Source: Bacteriovoracaceae bacterium (lineage in GTDB: Bacteria > Bdellovibrionota > Bacteriovoracia > Bacteriovoracales > Bacteriovoracaceae). Taken from it: a stretch of DNA of 64,000 bases. The notes beneath the pieces were generated by a model that saw only the letters and a list, made by a program, of their open reading frames with translations, was not told the DNA's origin and made no database searches. The stretch lies in the NCBI GenBank assembly GCA_048270185.1, contig JBLWTJ010000001.1, forward strand, positions 256,001 to 320,000, written 5' to 3'. Within the stretch, counting starts at the first letter, position 1, and each line of letters begins with the position of its first letter. The position numbers were made by a program, and so were the translations under genes. This document shows, piece after piece, positions 19,733 through 30,316 of this stretch.

Positions 19733-22099
19733 TTATTTGACTTTAAATCCAGCAAGGGCCGCAAAAGCGTTGTTCTTTAAAGGTGCATCGTTTTGCTTTG
19801 GCATTTTTGGTTGACCGCCACGTGGTTTACTCTGGCGAGGGCCTCCTGTTGGACGCTCATAAGTTTTTGCTTCTTCTGCACCATCTGATTTAAGTGAAAG
19901 TGCAATACGCTTGCGGTCCATATCAACATCAAGAACTACTGCTGATACTTCTTGACCAACCTTTAAAACATCTAGCGCATTATCGACAAAGTGATCGGCC
20001 ATCTGACTGACGTGGACTAGACCATTTTCTTTGATACCAATATCAACAAAGGCTCCAAATTGAGTGATATTTTTTACAATACCTGGATAGCGCTCACCAA
20101 TCTTTACATCTTTTATTTCGCGAACATCTTTTCTAAACTCAGTTGTCTTAAATTCTGTACGTGGATCCTGAGATGGAGCAGTTAGTGATTTATAAATATC
20201 GTTAAGTGTGAACTCACCTAATTTTTCAATAAGTTCTTTGTCTGATTTAAGTTGATTTGCAACAGCATTATCTGTTGTTAGCTGCTCAAGAGTGTAACCC
20301 TTTGATTGTGCCCAGTTCTCTAGCATTTCGTAACTTTCTGGGTGGATAAATGTTGCATCTAGTGGATTGGTCCCATTATAGACTCTTAAGAAGCCCGCTG
20401 CTTGTTGGAAGATTTTATCTGTGAAGCGTGAAACCTTCAAAATATCTGCACGTTGCTTAAAGAGTCCGTTCTTATCTCTGTGTTTAACAATATTTCCTGC
20501 TACTGTTGGCCCAATACCTGAAATGAATGAAAGAAGTGGCGCTGAGGCAGTGTTTAAGTCTACACCTACAAAGTTAACACAACTTTCGACCACTCCATCA
20601 AGAGACTTCTTAAGTCTTACTTGATTTACATCGTGCTGGTATTGACCAACACCTATTGACTTAGGATCAATCTTTACTAGTTCTGCAAGTGGGTCTTGGA
20701 AACGACGGCCAATAGAGATTGCTCCTCTTACTGTTGCGTCTTTATCTGGGAATTCTTTCTTCGCAATTGGTGATGCCGAATAGATTGAAGCACCATCTTC
20801 TGAAATCATTGTTGCTTTAACTTTTCCATCTCTTACTGCAGTAATATTGTCTTCAACAAATTGAAGTGTCTCACGTCCGAAAGTACCGTTACCAATAGCA
20901 ATATACTCGACATTGAATTGTTCAATCATGGCATTAAGAATCGTTGCCGACTCGCGAACTTGATTTCTTGGTGGGTGAGGATAGACAACAGTATCAACGA
21001 CAAATTTACCTGTGTTGTCGACAACCACTGTCTTACAACCCGTCACAACACCTGGGTCAAGAGCAAGGACTGTCTTAGGGCCTAGATAAGGCTGAAGTAA
21101 TAAGTTTTTAAGGTTAACTCCAAAGACATCAATAGCTGATTCATCTGAAAGCTTCTTTAATTCTCCTTTGATCTCAAGATCAAGAGAAGAGTGAATATAA
21201 TTCTTATAAGCCTTTGAGGCACAGTCAACAAGGGCCTTGTAGCTTGTCACAGAAGTGTCTGAGAAGTGCTTAGAAAGAATCATATTATTTGCATAATCTT
21301 CATCAAAGACAATTTCAACTTTTAAGATTTTTTCTGTCTGAGCACGTCGGATTGCTAAGAATCTGTGAGCTGCTTTTGGGTCTCTGAGATCAGATACTTT
21401 TTGTTCATATTCAAAGTAGTCTTTGTATTTTTGCCAGTCTTTGATTTCTTCGTATCCTTTTCGCGGTGAAGATTTAATTTGAGCTTGTGCCCAGTAATCT
21501 TTACGAAGATTTTCTTTCAGTTCTGTATCATGAGCGATCTCTTCAATAATAATATCGCAGGCACCTTTTAAGACATCTTCAAACGTTGCTATCTTCTTGT
21601 CTTTGTTTATGAATTTAAGGGCCTCTTTTGCAAGCTCTGGCATTGGAAGCTTTGATTCCTTCATAAGGATTGCAAATGGTTCAAGCCCTGCTTCTTTTGC
21701 AATTTGGGCCTTCGTCTTTCTCTTTGACTTAAATGGCGCATAGATATCTTCTAGTTGGTTGATATTAGTTGCGGCCTTGATTTTCTTTTCAATTTCAGGA
21801 GTCATCATCTCTTGTTTCGTGATGGCCTCTAAAATAAAAGCACGACGTTTTTCACGCTCAATATATTCATCATATTTTTCTTGAATTAAACGAATTTGCT
21901 CTTCGTCCAATCCACCAGTTTTATCTTTACGGTAACGAGTGATGAAAGGAACAGTACAGTCTTCAACGAGAAGCATGGCAAGTACTGCCATAATTTGTTT
22001 TGCTGTGATGTCTGTGTTGTCTACACAGAATAGGACTGCGTTTTGATCAATGATATCCATTGGGTTCTTTGTGGCTTTTTCAGTCGTCTCTGATGACAT
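19733..22099 (-). CDS. tex: Tex-family RNA-binding transcription accessory protein (S1 domain)
   Basis: TVPFITRYRKDKTGGLDE, LDPG..GCK, AIGNGT, GASIYSAS, GVGQYQHD, C-terminal S1 (FGAFVDIG..GLVHVSQ). Confidence 0.95.
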   Translation of the reverse strand: MSSETTEKATKNPMDIIDQNAVLFCVDNTDITAKQIMAVLAMLLVEDCTVPFITRYRKDKTGGLDEEQIRLIQEKYDEYIEREKRRAFILEAITKQEMMTPEIEKKIKAATNINQLEDIYAPFKSKRKTKAQIAKEAGLEPFAILMKESKLPMPELAKEALKFINKDKKIATFEDVLKGACDIIIEEIAHDTELKENLRKDYWAQAQIKSSPRKGYEEIKDWQKYKDYFEYEQKVSDLRDPKAAHRFLAIRRAQTEKILKVEIVFDEDYANNMILSKHFSDTSVTSYKALVDCASKAYKNYIHSSLDLEIKGELKKLSDESAIDVFGVNLKNLLLQPYLGPKTVLALDPGVVTGCKTVVVDNTGKFVVDTVVYPHPPRNQVRESATILNAMIEQFNVEYIAIGNGTFGRETLQFVEDNITAVRDGKVKATMISEDGASIYSASPIAKKEFPDKDATVRGAISIGRRFQDPLAELVKIDPKSIGVGQYQHDVNQVRLKKSLDGVVESCVNFVGVDLNTASAPLLSFISGIGPTVAGNIVKHRDKNGLFKQRADILKVSRFTDKIFQQAAGFLRVYNGTNPLDATFIHPESYEMLENWAQSKGYTLEQLTTDNAVANQLKSDKELIEKLGEFTLNDIYKSLTAPSQDPRTEFKTTEFRKDVREIKDVKIGERYPGIVKNITQFGAFVDIGIKENGLVHVSQMADHFVDNALDVLKVGQEVSAVVLDVDMDRKRIALSLKSDGAEEAKTYERPTGGPRQSKPRGGQPKMPKQNDAPLKNNAFAALAGFKVK

Positions 22100-22219
22100 T
22101 ATAATTACTCCATTAACTAAATTTGAATTAAAATTGTAATGCGATTAAAATTGGTCTGACAATTAAAAGTTGAGTAAATCCGGCTGGTTAACTTAAAAAT
22201 ATTGATGTAAGAAGTTATT

Positions 22220-23188
22220 ATGAAAAGAAATTACGACTATATGATCGTTGGAGATGGAATAGCTGCTCGCAGCATTTGTTATTTTCTAACAAAGAAATAC
22301 CCAAAGGCCGCAATAGGTCAGATTGCAGATGATATTTCATATCCATCTTGCTCTCTTAAGACAACAAGTGTTGTTTCTCTGGGCCTCTTCGAGGAAGGCA
22401 TCTCAAAGCTTGGAGATATTCTCTTTAACGCTCATATCTTCTTTAATGACTTTGTTAAAAAAAATAATCCAAACGGTATCTATCCAGCTAAGCAGTACTA
22501 TCTGCCTCCTAATATCAAAGAAGATCCGCTAAAATTTAAGCAATTTGAGGCCAGGTATGGCAGTCATTTTGTTGATTTTAAAGGCAATCAATGTGTGGCC
22601 AAAGATGCTTTTCTTATCAACCCTTCTGATTTCATGGATTGGCTTAAATCCCATTACAGTAATGAGATTGAGTTTATGAATGGGAGAGTTTCAAATGTAT
22701 CTTGTGGGCTTTTACAAACAAGCTTAGGAGAGTTAAGAGCTAATAAGATCATCTTAGCAACCTCGGCCTACACTAGTTTATTTTTTAAAGATAAATCACT
22801 TCCAGAAGGCAAACCAGTTAAAGGTACATATTATTTTTGGGATAATATTGATTTTGATGAAGATTTCGTTCTAAGTCATGGCCACTATAATCTCATTTAC
22901 CGAAGAAATGATAAAAGACTTCTCTTTGGTGCTAACTCAATTGAGGGACTTAATCACTTGCATACAACAAATGAAGTGGAAGAGGAGTTTGAATTCTTTA
23001 AAACTTTAATTCCACAGCTTAAAAGTTTTGGTGTACCAAGTGTTGAGACTGGTATACGCCACAAAGGTAAGAGACGAACGCCATTTATGGGTGAGGTAAG
23101 TGAAGGCATTTATGCTCTAAACGCACTTTATAAGAACGGATGGAGCGCTGGGATTAGCTTAGCAAAAGATCTAGTGGAGTTGTTGTAA
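22220..23188 (+). CDS. FAD-dependent oxidoreductase (DAO / glycine oxidase-like)
   Basis: IVGDGIAA dinucleotide motif, PVKG, GIR, LYKNG. Confidence 0.75.
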   Translation: MKRNYDYMIVGDGIAARSICYFLTKKYPKAAIGQIADDISYPSCSLKTTSVVSLGLFEEGISKLGDILFNAHIFFNDFVKKNNPNGIYPAKQYYLPPNIKEDPLKFKQFEARYGSHFVDFKGNQCVAKDAFLINPSDFMDWLKSHYSNEIEFMNGRVSNVSCGLLQTSLGELRANKIILATSAYTSLFFKDKSLPEGKPVKGTYYFWDNIDFDEDFVLSHGHYNLIYRRNDKRLLFGANSIEGLNHLHTTNEVEEEFEFFKTLIPQLKSFGVPSVETGIRHKGKRRTPFMGEVSEGIYALNALYKNGWSAGISLAKDLVELL

Positions 23189-23923
23189 TTCTGGCTTTGC
23201 AGCTTTAATTTCTTCAAGAACAAAATCCCATAGCTTTGATCTTAGGGCAAGTGACTCAAGGGCCACATCGAGGGCCTCTTTGCTCTTTTGGTCATCGCTA
23301 CATAGTTGTTCCAGAAGCTTTCCTGCGAGATCTCCGTGTTCATCACCATCTAATTCGATATGTCTTTTAAGGTAATGCTTAAAGTATGGAGCATCGATTT
23401 GTTTTTCATCTAAGACTTTTACAAATGGTGTGAATAAATCAGGAATTAGATTTTCTCTTCCATAGAAGAAGGCTGAGGCCACTTGCCAAGGGCCAGTATT
23501 AGTGACTAGATTTAGATTAAAGGCCGTAAATGTTGAAACCTCATGTGGAAGGTTTTCAAATGAAAGATCCTTTAGAAAATTCTCCATAGGGCCAGTATCG
23601 GCACCTACTTCTTTCATTGCATTAAGATACATTGTGAAATGATCGATATGACCACCGTTGATATCTTCATCACTTTCTTCACCTAAGACAATCTCATTGA
23701 TAAATCGTACAGCGTTCTTGTCGTATTTTGAAGGCATCCAAGGAGTTGTCACACACGTTACTTCCCTTTGTAGTCCTTTTAGAAGAGACATGAAATCCCA
23801 AACGGCAAAGACATGCCATTTCATAAGAATTTTTACATCTTCAATATCGTTGATATTTGAATAAAGAGGGTGATTACATAGCTCATTATGAGCAGCTTGA
23901 ATTTGTGATGTTAGCGCCTTCAT
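23171..23923 (-). CDS. DUF3050-family heme-oxygenase-like protein
   Basis: HVFAVWDFMSLLK, INEIVLGEESD, FFYGRE, YLKRHIELDGDEHG. Confidence 0.9.
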   Translation of the reverse strand: MKALTSQIQAAHNELCNHPLYSNINDIEDVKILMKWHVFAVWDFMSLLKGLQREVTCVTTPWMPSKYDKNAVRFINEIVLGEESDEDINGGHIDHFTMYLNAMKEVGADTGPMENFLKDLSFENLPHEVSTFTAFNLNLVTNTGPWQVASAFFYGRENLIPDLFTPFVKVLDEKQIDAPYFKHYLKRHIELDGDEHGDLAGKLLEQLCSDDQKSKEALDVALESLALRSKLWDFVLEEIKAAKPELQQLH

Positions 23924-23975
23924 AGGCGCTAACTATAGCGCAAAATTCACTTCTTAAAAAGCTGATTTCACCGAA

Positions 23976-25598
23976 TTATTTATGGAATAAATGGTGGAAA
24001 TCAGGTTTATATAGCTTTCTGCGCCGCCCGTTTCGATTTCTTCGGCCACCGCTATTAAGCTTTTGGTTATAGCGTCTATCTTCAATATATTTTGTATATA
24101 TTTTCGCATCACTCTCGCGATAATCTTCTAGGAGAGTGAACATTTCATTGAATGATAGAATTTTTTCATTTTCCTTCTCAGCTGCTGCTATTTTATCATA
24201 GAGCTTTTCTCCAACTTGATCGAGTACCACAAAGAGATCGATTTGTTTTGAGCCAAGATTCAATGGAAACTTATGTTCGAGATCGATTCCTGAAATGACT
24301 TCGACTATCGATCGCGTGACACTTGTTCTTCTGGCAAGCCAAGCAAAGTCATTTCCTAATTTTGTTCCAAGGCTTGGGTCAAACTCATATTTTTCTTTTT
24401 CCATCCATTCAAAAATCTTTGAAAGAATAGCGTCTTTATATCGAGTGTCTTTCAGTTTTGTTGGATTTCTCCATTCGGCCACTAGATCAAAGCGTGAATC
24501 GAACTGAATTTCTCCTGGTCCAAATGTTTTAAAAGTTGAGATATTCTTCTTAGTAACTTTTAGGCCAAAGTCTTGTAAGAATGAAAGTAGGGCAGGATTA
24601 AAGCTCGTCTTATATTCTGGAATATTCATCTGTCTGCCATTAATCTTTTTAGATGCTTCGTTGTAGCCATGATAGATTACTTCTGAACAAAAGATTTCAC
24701 TGTCATCTTGATAGTCCATTGCAAAGTCATATGGAATATTCTTCTTTTTCTTTGTCGTATGATTTTTAAATCTCTCATACATTTCTTTACCTGCAGCATG
24801 TGCTAGTTTTTCGTCTTTTAAACGAAAGACAACTGTACGGGCATTTTTTTGGTCAAGGTGAACTTGAAAAGGAGCTGCCACATTTCCAATTTCAATATGG
24901 GCCTCTGATGTAAAAAGCTCTCCCGTTTTCTCATTTTTGTAAACAAGTGTAAGGTGTGAAAATTGATGATCATCATCGCCAATTCTTGCGATGGCCGCAC
25001 TTGAGTAAGCATTGCCTCTTGAGAGAATGATGTCGCCTGACTTTAAGTCCTTTACACCATTAAAGTCATATTTTGGATTAACCATAAAGTGGATAGGGGT
25101 TGGCCCGTCAAAGTTTAGGGTCGTAAAATCTTTAGGTCTTGAATCTAAGCTTTGTGATTCATAGTAAGATTCAATAAAGTAATCCTCAAGGTAGCGAAGA
25201 GATCTAAAAATATCCTTAACGCCTTTTAAGCATTGTGCTTCAACGACAGATAATTCTTTCTCTGAACTATTTAAGCCTTTTAGCTGTTCTTTTAGATCAA
25301 GTCTTATATTGAAAGAAGCATTAACAAAATCTTGCATTTGATATTTAGAAAATTCAGCAAAATCAATATCATCTGATTTTATGGCAAAGAGTTCACGGTA
25401 GTATTTTTGAGTCTTTGAAACACATTCTTGGGGGGATTTTACTCCTTTAGAAACTTGCTCGTGCATTTCATGCATGAGGGCCTCAAAACCCGATTCCCTA
25501 AGAGAGCTTGGCATACGATATCGTTGTTCACTTTGACAGCTGGCCAATTGAGTTAATAATAGGAGTCCAGAAGTCCACGTAAGTACTTGTTTTTTCAT
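23976..25598 (-). CDS. Lipoprotein with YiiX/YebB-like permuted papain (NlpC/P60) amidase domain
   Basis: Lipobox LASC; GDIILSR, FSH (His), PYDF, IFCSEV (Cys). Confidence 0.8.
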   Translation of the reverse strand: MKKQVLTWTSGLLLLTQLASCQSEQRYRMPSSLRESGFEALMHEMHEQVSKGVKSPQECVSKTQKYYRELFAIKSDDIDFAEFSKYQMQDFVNASFNIRLDLKEQLKGLNSSEKELSVVEAQCLKGVKDIFRSLRYLEDYFIESYYESQSLDSRPKDFTTLNFDGPTPIHFMVNPKYDFNGVKDLKSGDIILSRGNAYSSAAIARIGDDDHQFSHLTLVYKNEKTGELFTSEAHIEIGNVAAPFQVHLDQKNARTVVFRLKDEKLAHAAGKEMYERFKNHTTKKKKNIPYDFAMDYQDDSEIFCSEVIYHGYNEASKKINGRQMNIPEYKTSFNPALLSFLQDFGLKVTKKNISTFKTFGPGEIQFDSRFDLVAEWRNPTKLKDTRYKDAILSKIFEWMEKEKYEFDPSLGTKLGNDFAWLARRTSVTRSIVEVISGIDLEHKFPLNLGSKQIDLFVVLDQVGEKLYDKIAAAEKENEKILSFNEMFTLLEDYRESDAKIYTKYIEDRRYNQKLNSGGRRNRNGRRRKLYKPDFHHLFHK

Positions 25599-25647
25599 CT
25601 ATCCCTCTAAAATACTAAATAAATTTCGCGTTTCACTCAATAAAATT

Positions 25648-25675
25648 TTATCGGATTTTACCTTTTAAAACTTAA
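25648..25675 (-). promoter_or_regulatory. sigma28-like promoter
   Basis: Minus strand TTAAG-N15-TCCGATAA; a second CCCGATAA at 25682-25689. Confidence 0.6.
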
Positions 25676-25706
25676 GTATTATTATCGGGTTTACGAGATA
25701 GAATTT

Positions 25707-26234
25707 ATGACAAATAAGAGTGAAGAAGTACATTTTAGAATTTTAAATGCAGTGACTAAACTTGAAGTGGCCAAGGGGCATCTTAATTGGAAGATTGCTG
25801 AGGTTGCAAAAGAAGCCGACGTTACAAGATCGCTAATTTATTATTACTTAGGTAAAGAAAAAGACGTGATTTTAAAAGAGGCCGTAAAGTTTATGATTGC
25901 ACGAGTCTTTAACCTTTCGCAAGAGAGATCAGTTGGAATCAGAGAGCGAATAAAAATAGTTCGTAATCAAATTATCCAAATGCCTTATCTCTTGGCCCTC
26001 TATATGATTAATAAGGGTGCTGGAAATGAGATTTCAGATATTATTGTTGAAGCGGAGCAAGAGCTCTTTACACTTCTTGCAAAGAAATATCCTACTCTTG
26101 ATCCAAGAGAGCACCTAAGAATCTATTTGATGCAATTAGGGGTTTGTTTATACCGTGATATCGATGATGAAAGTCTCGACTATCTTTTTACTAAATATGA
26201 TGAAGACAATGTAATGCATAAAAAAAGCCTCTAA
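25707..26234 (+). CDS. TetR/AcrR-family transcriptional regulator
   Basis: HTH IAEVAKEADVTRSLIYYYLGKEK. Confidence 0.85.
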   Translation: MTNKSEEVHFRILNAVTKLEVAKGHLNWKIAEVAKEADVTRSLIYYYLGKEKDVILKEAVKFMIARVFNLSQERSVGIRERIKIVRNQIIQMPYLLALYMINKGAGNEISDIIVEAEQELFTLLAKKYPTLDPREHLRIYLMQLGVCLYRDIDDESLDYLFTKYDEDNVMHKKSL

Positions 26235-26250
26235 TTAAAGAGGCTTTTTT
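26220..26250. terminator. Bidirectional intrinsic terminator
   Basis: AAAAAAAGCCTCT-aatta-AAGAGGCTTTTTT between convergent genes. Confidence 0.85.
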
Positions 26251-26254
26251 ATTA

Positions 26255-29113
26255 TTAACAAAAGTCTACTGATGCGTGATTATACTCATCTGGTGGTAGT
26301 TCACAATCATCTTCAGAGAAGTTATGATCTCCACCGTTATTAATTGGATCAAATTTTTCAATCGTTCCAGGAATCGCCTGGTCATCAATTAAATCGTGGT
26401 TACTATCAAATGCTTCTTTATATGTTTTGTATGCTTCTAGCATATATACATCTGGTGATTGAGTTTTTCTCTCTTTCAGATTAAACATTGAACTTGAAGC
26501 CTTTGCTAGGAAGTCAGTGAACTTATAAAGTGTCTTTCTTCCTCTAAACATCATCGTATACTGGTTTTCAGTCATTCCAAGACGATCTCTTAGGATTGAG
26601 TTGAATTGGAATCCTTCTCCAGTGAAGTACCAAGTTTCTTCAAGTCTTTCTTTACCTTCTTTTGGCTTACAGATCTTGAAACGAACTGGATTATTTTCTG
26701 CAACATAAACAGTTACTGTCTGTGGCCCACCGTATGGGTTATATGTTGGTCTCTTTTCTTTTCTCCACTTTGAAGTTCCTTCAATCATGAAACATTGTTG
26801 AGTGATTGCTTCAAAGTTTAGAGTAATGGCCTCGGCATATAAGTCAATTGATTGACCTGAATCACTTCTGTTGTTTTCTCCATTTGAACGGTCTAGTGAC
26901 CATGTCGTAGACCAGTCGTAAGAAGCCGATACGCCAACTCCGCCACCAACTGGTGAAGCTTCACCAAATGGGATTTTAAAGTCTAGCTTTGCTCCAACTC
27001 CTGTTTTGTAACCATGAGAGAATCCAACTCTTCTATTCTCTGTAAAGTAAGTCCCAGTACCTGTCGACTTATTGATTCTAATTGTATTCGAATGGGCAAC
27101 TTTTGGAGCACTCGTAATATCGATGATATGACTTACTGGAGTGATCATCATGAAATCCCATGGGCGCTCAGTACACTTTTCCATATTGTAATCAGTGTAA
27201 GTTGTTCCAATTTTATACCATGGTGCTTTTTCTTCACTAAAGAAAGCAGCACATAGTTTTGCAAGTGTCGCTGCACCGTAATTATCTTCATATATTCCAG
27301 CAAATTCTTTTGCAGTTAGTTTGTTCTCATCACTTAATCTAAAGTTAAGTGCTTTGTCATCGTAGTTAATTGTTTCATCAAATGACTCGTGCTTGCTAAG
27401 TTCTTGCTCAAAAAGTTGCTTTGAATTCTTCTTGTAGCGTGGAGCAAGTTTTGCATCGATGATATCTTTCTTAGAAACTCCTTTAATATCTGCTGACATT
27501 TTCTCAAGGTAGTTTTCTAGCTGAACCATCTCAGTCATTTTTTCGTTAATCTTTGAATTCGTGTAATCAGTTTCATCAAAGTGATCTGTTACCTTCAGTT
27601 GTGTGTGAAGAACAGAACGGAATGATTTAGATGAAGCATGGAATGTACCAGCTGCCCATGCAGGTAGTGGTGCAGTTCTTGGATCATCTCCTTCTCTAAT
27701 GATTGGTGAAAGCTTAATGGCCGCATAAGTTCTTGTGTGAACATATGGAATGTCAACAAACTTAATAGGCATATCAATTCTTGCTTTAAGTAGGTTATTT
27801 TCAACTTCAACTTCACGAGAAGCGACTGAGATTAGCTTAAACTTGTGCTTATTCTCATTTGTTAAATCAATATCACCTTCAAGTGGAGCTAGGAAGTAAA
27901 CTTCAAGTTTTAGTTTACCTTGATAGAAAGGCTCTACTGGGTTTGTAGTATGTACATAGTTACCATAGTTAACTTTTGGATACATTTTGATAATGAATGA
28001 TTTCTCAATAACTAGATCAAGATTCTTGTTGATGTGAAAACCTTTTCTATTATCGTGACCTAGGAAGTTATAATCAACTTCGTCAACAAATAGACGAGCT
28101 CTTTGCTTGTTGTTATCTTCTTCACATTGACCTGTTCTTGAAACTTCAGCGAAGATCCAACCGTTATTTGACCATGGGTAGAGACAAAGTCCTCTTGTTA
28201 CCTTTGCATTCTTTAGTGTTTCATTTTGTACTTCAATTTCAAGGTTAAATGGAATACGACGAGTATTCGTATATCTTTCGTGTTCAAGATAGAATTTAAT
28301 TTCTGCACAACCTGATTCATCAAGTTGACCGTCTGTTGAGTCATACATTTCAGTTACGGCGTGCTCTTCTCCATTTCTTTGTTTTTCAAGGTTAATAAGT
28401 CTTGCTTTAACGAATTCATTTGATAGTGAACGTCCATCTGCCTTAAGGTTTAGACAACCATTAACAACAACTTTCTGGTCAATTACTAAATTATCATTTC
28501 TTGGATCAACAAGACCGAAACCTTTTGGTGTGATTTTTACATTTTTAACGTTAATCATTTCTTCACTTGAAAGCTTCTGAGCATTCAGTGAATTCTTTAG
28601 GTGGTAGTTATTTCCGTGGATAATGCTGTTTGCATATTGGTTAACAGCAAGCTTTAGGTCGTAGCTAATGCTTGGATTTGTTGCTAGTGACACTTTTCTT
28701 TCAAATGGTAGATATGTATTTGGAAGTGAGTAATCCATTGGCATTTGCTCATCCCAGAATATACAGCTATTTGCGTCAGCTCTTTTTTCTACAGTTTCAA
28801 AATTTGCACCTGTAACAAAGAAGCTATTATATTGTAGGCTTTTTCCAATTTTAGAATTTAGACATGCTTTAACATGGAAAGTCTTCTGATAAGCAATACG
28901 TGATTTCATTGTTGGCTTATCTTCACTAACACCTTCAACACTGAAACGTGAAACGCTGATAAGACCGTTTTCATTAGCAGAAGCCTTAAGCTGTCTTGCT
29001 AACATTTGCTTCTCATCATTAGATGTATCACTTCCACAACCAACAAGTGCTGTTAGTGTCAGTAGAATGATACTTAGACGTGATAGGTTTTTAGTGTTCT
29101 TACAAAATGTCAT
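26255..29113 (-). CDS. Large lipoprotein with a candidate beta-pore-forming (aerolysin/ETX-like) hairpin
   Basis: Lipobox LVGC; beta-rich; segment GVGAKLDFKIPFGEASPVGGGVGVSASYDWSTTWS. Start overlaps the upstream gene by 14 nt. Confidence 0.75.
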   Translation of the reverse strand: MTFCKNTKNLSRLSIILLTLTALVGCGSDTSNDEKQMLARQLKASANENGLISVSRFSVEGVSEDKPTMKSRIAYQKTFHVKACLNSKIGKSLQYNSFFVTGANFETVEKRADANSCIFWDEQMPMDYSLPNTYLPFERKVSLATNPSISYDLKLAVNQYANSIIHGNNYHLKNSLNAQKLSSEEMINVKNVKITPKGFGLVDPRNDNLVIDQKVVVNGCLNLKADGRSLSNEFVKARLINLEKQRNGEEHAVTEMYDSTDGQLDESGCAEIKFYLEHERYTNTRRIPFNLEIEVQNETLKNAKVTRGLCLYPWSNNGWIFAEVSRTGQCEEDNNKQRARLFVDEVDYNFLGHDNRKGFHINKNLDLVIEKSFIIKMYPKVNYGNYVHTTNPVEPFYQGKLKLEVYFLAPLEGDIDLTNENKHKFKLISVASREVEVENNLLKARIDMPIKFVDIPYVHTRTYAAIKLSPIIREGDDPRTAPLPAWAAGTFHASSKSFRSVLHTQLKVTDHFDETDYTNSKINEKMTEMVQLENYLEKMSADIKGVSKKDIIDAKLAPRYKKNSKQLFEQELSKHESFDETINYDDKALNFRLSDENKLTAKEFAGIYEDNYGAATLAKLCAAFFSEEKAPWYKIGTTYTDYNMEKCTERPWDFMMITPVSHIIDITSAPKVAHSNTIRINKSTGTGTYFTENRRVGFSHGYKTGVGAKLDFKIPFGEASPVGGGVGVSASYDWSTTWSLDRSNGENNRSDSGQSIDLYAEAITLNFEAITQQCFMIEGTSKWRKEKRPTYNPYGGPQTVTVYVAENNPVRFKICKPKEGKERLEETWYFTGEGFQFNSILRDRLGMTENQYTMMFRGRKTLYKFTDFLAKASSSMFNLKERKTQSPDVYMLEAYKTYKEAFDSNHDLIDDQAIPGTIEKFDPINNGGDHNFSEDDCELPPDEYNHASVDFC

Positions 29114-30284
29114 ATTCTTTCCTTAATGAGATGCTGTAAACTTGCTCATCGCTGTAACCATTGATTAGGTAAACTGAGTCTTCGTTTCCTATAACTGTGC
29201 GATTTGTATATTTAATATCTGCTGAAAATCCACCAAGGCCTGTCATCGCTAGACTTGCTTGGTAACCTTCGTAGTCATTTGATAAAGCATTAGCGCGATA
29301 GAATGCTGGTGCTGTATCCGCTTCGTTTCTAAAAGCAAGTGCTTCAAGAGAGATCTTTGATCCAGCAATTTTTGTTTCATAATTTGCACCATAAAGGTAT
29401 CCAGTATTCTTTCCTGTTGGTGCATCTTGGTTATTTACATATGAACCAAATACTTTCATCTTATCTTCACCGACTCTAAAGAGCACTCCAGCATTGGCGT
29501 ACATTCCTGTGTAGTCATAGTAGTAAAGACTTTGATCTGCTGCTGCACCTTTACTTACTGAGTTCCCCCAGTAGTAGTCGTTATCTGCTACATCGGCCGA
29601 AAGCTTAAAGTAACGATAGCTTCCAACTGCTGAGTATAATTTCATTCCACTTGTTAGGTATGTTAGATCGATACTTTCATTAAAGAAGCTTGGGCTTCCT
29701 GAATCATCGACATTAAAAGTTTCTTTTAAAATTCTGTTTTCTGGCCTTGCTTGTGTTGCTTGTAATCTTACATAAAGATTTCCAAATTTTTGGATAGCAA
29801 CTTCTCTAGCTCCAATAAATGAGTTTCCACCATTAATAAACGGTGAAATAAATTGTTGTGAGCTTGAATTATTTAAGGCACCAAAATTGATTTTTGCGAA
29901 ATTTAAAATCTTGTAGTTAAAGTAACCGTAATTATAAGTGAATTTTGGCTTAAACTCGGCCGCTCTTCCTTGCTCTTGTGTTGAAGAGTTACCTGACTGA
30001 TATTTGAATCCACCATCAAAGTCAAAGTCGAGTCCACTAGCAATGTTGGCCTCAAGATCGATATTGATATTAGTCTCAAAGCGAGAGAACTTATCAGTAT
30101 CAGAAGACATTGAGCTATACGAAGAGTCGATATTTAGATCGAGGTTCTTAATTCCAGCTTCTTTAAGGCCTTGGCGTACCACAGATGTCTGTGATGTAGA
30201 CGCTTTGCTTTGCCCAAGAACTGGAGTGGCCAGTAGTAAGCTCAGTAAAATTAAATGTTTAGTCGTTACTTTTTCGTTTTGCAT
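29100..30284 (-). CDS. Putative outer-membrane beta-barrel (porin-like) protein
   Basis: ATG 30284 with AGGAAAG RBS (ORF-track start 30353 is unlikely); signal peptide; alternating aromatic strands. Confidence 0.7.
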   Translation of the reverse strand: MQNEKVTTKHLILLSLLLATPVLGQSKASTSQTSVVRQGLKEAGIKNLDLNIDSSYSSMSSDTDKFSRFETNINIDLEANIASGLDFDFDGGFKYQSGNSSTQEQGRAAEFKPKFTYNYGYFNYKILNFAKINFGALNNSSSQQFISPFINGGNSFIGAREVAIQKFGNLYVRLQATQARPENRILKETFNVDDSGSPSFFNESIDLTYLTSGMKLYSAVGSYRYFKLSADVADNDYYWGNSVSKGAAADQSLYYYDYTGMYANAGVLFRVGEDKMKVFGSYVNNQDAPTGKNTGYLYGANYETKIAGSKISLEALAFRNEADTAPAFYRANALSNDYEGYQASLAMTGLGGFSADIKYTNRTVIGNEDSVYLINGYSDEQVYSISLRKEYDIL

Positions 30285-30316
30285 ATCTTTCCTATTTGGT
30301 ACGATGTTATTAGAGA

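Noticed and set aside
22220..23923. FAD oxidoreductase plus DUF3050 as a biosynthetic pair
   Set aside because: The genes are convergent with only an 18-nt 3' overlap; there is no shared promoter and no other pathway genes.
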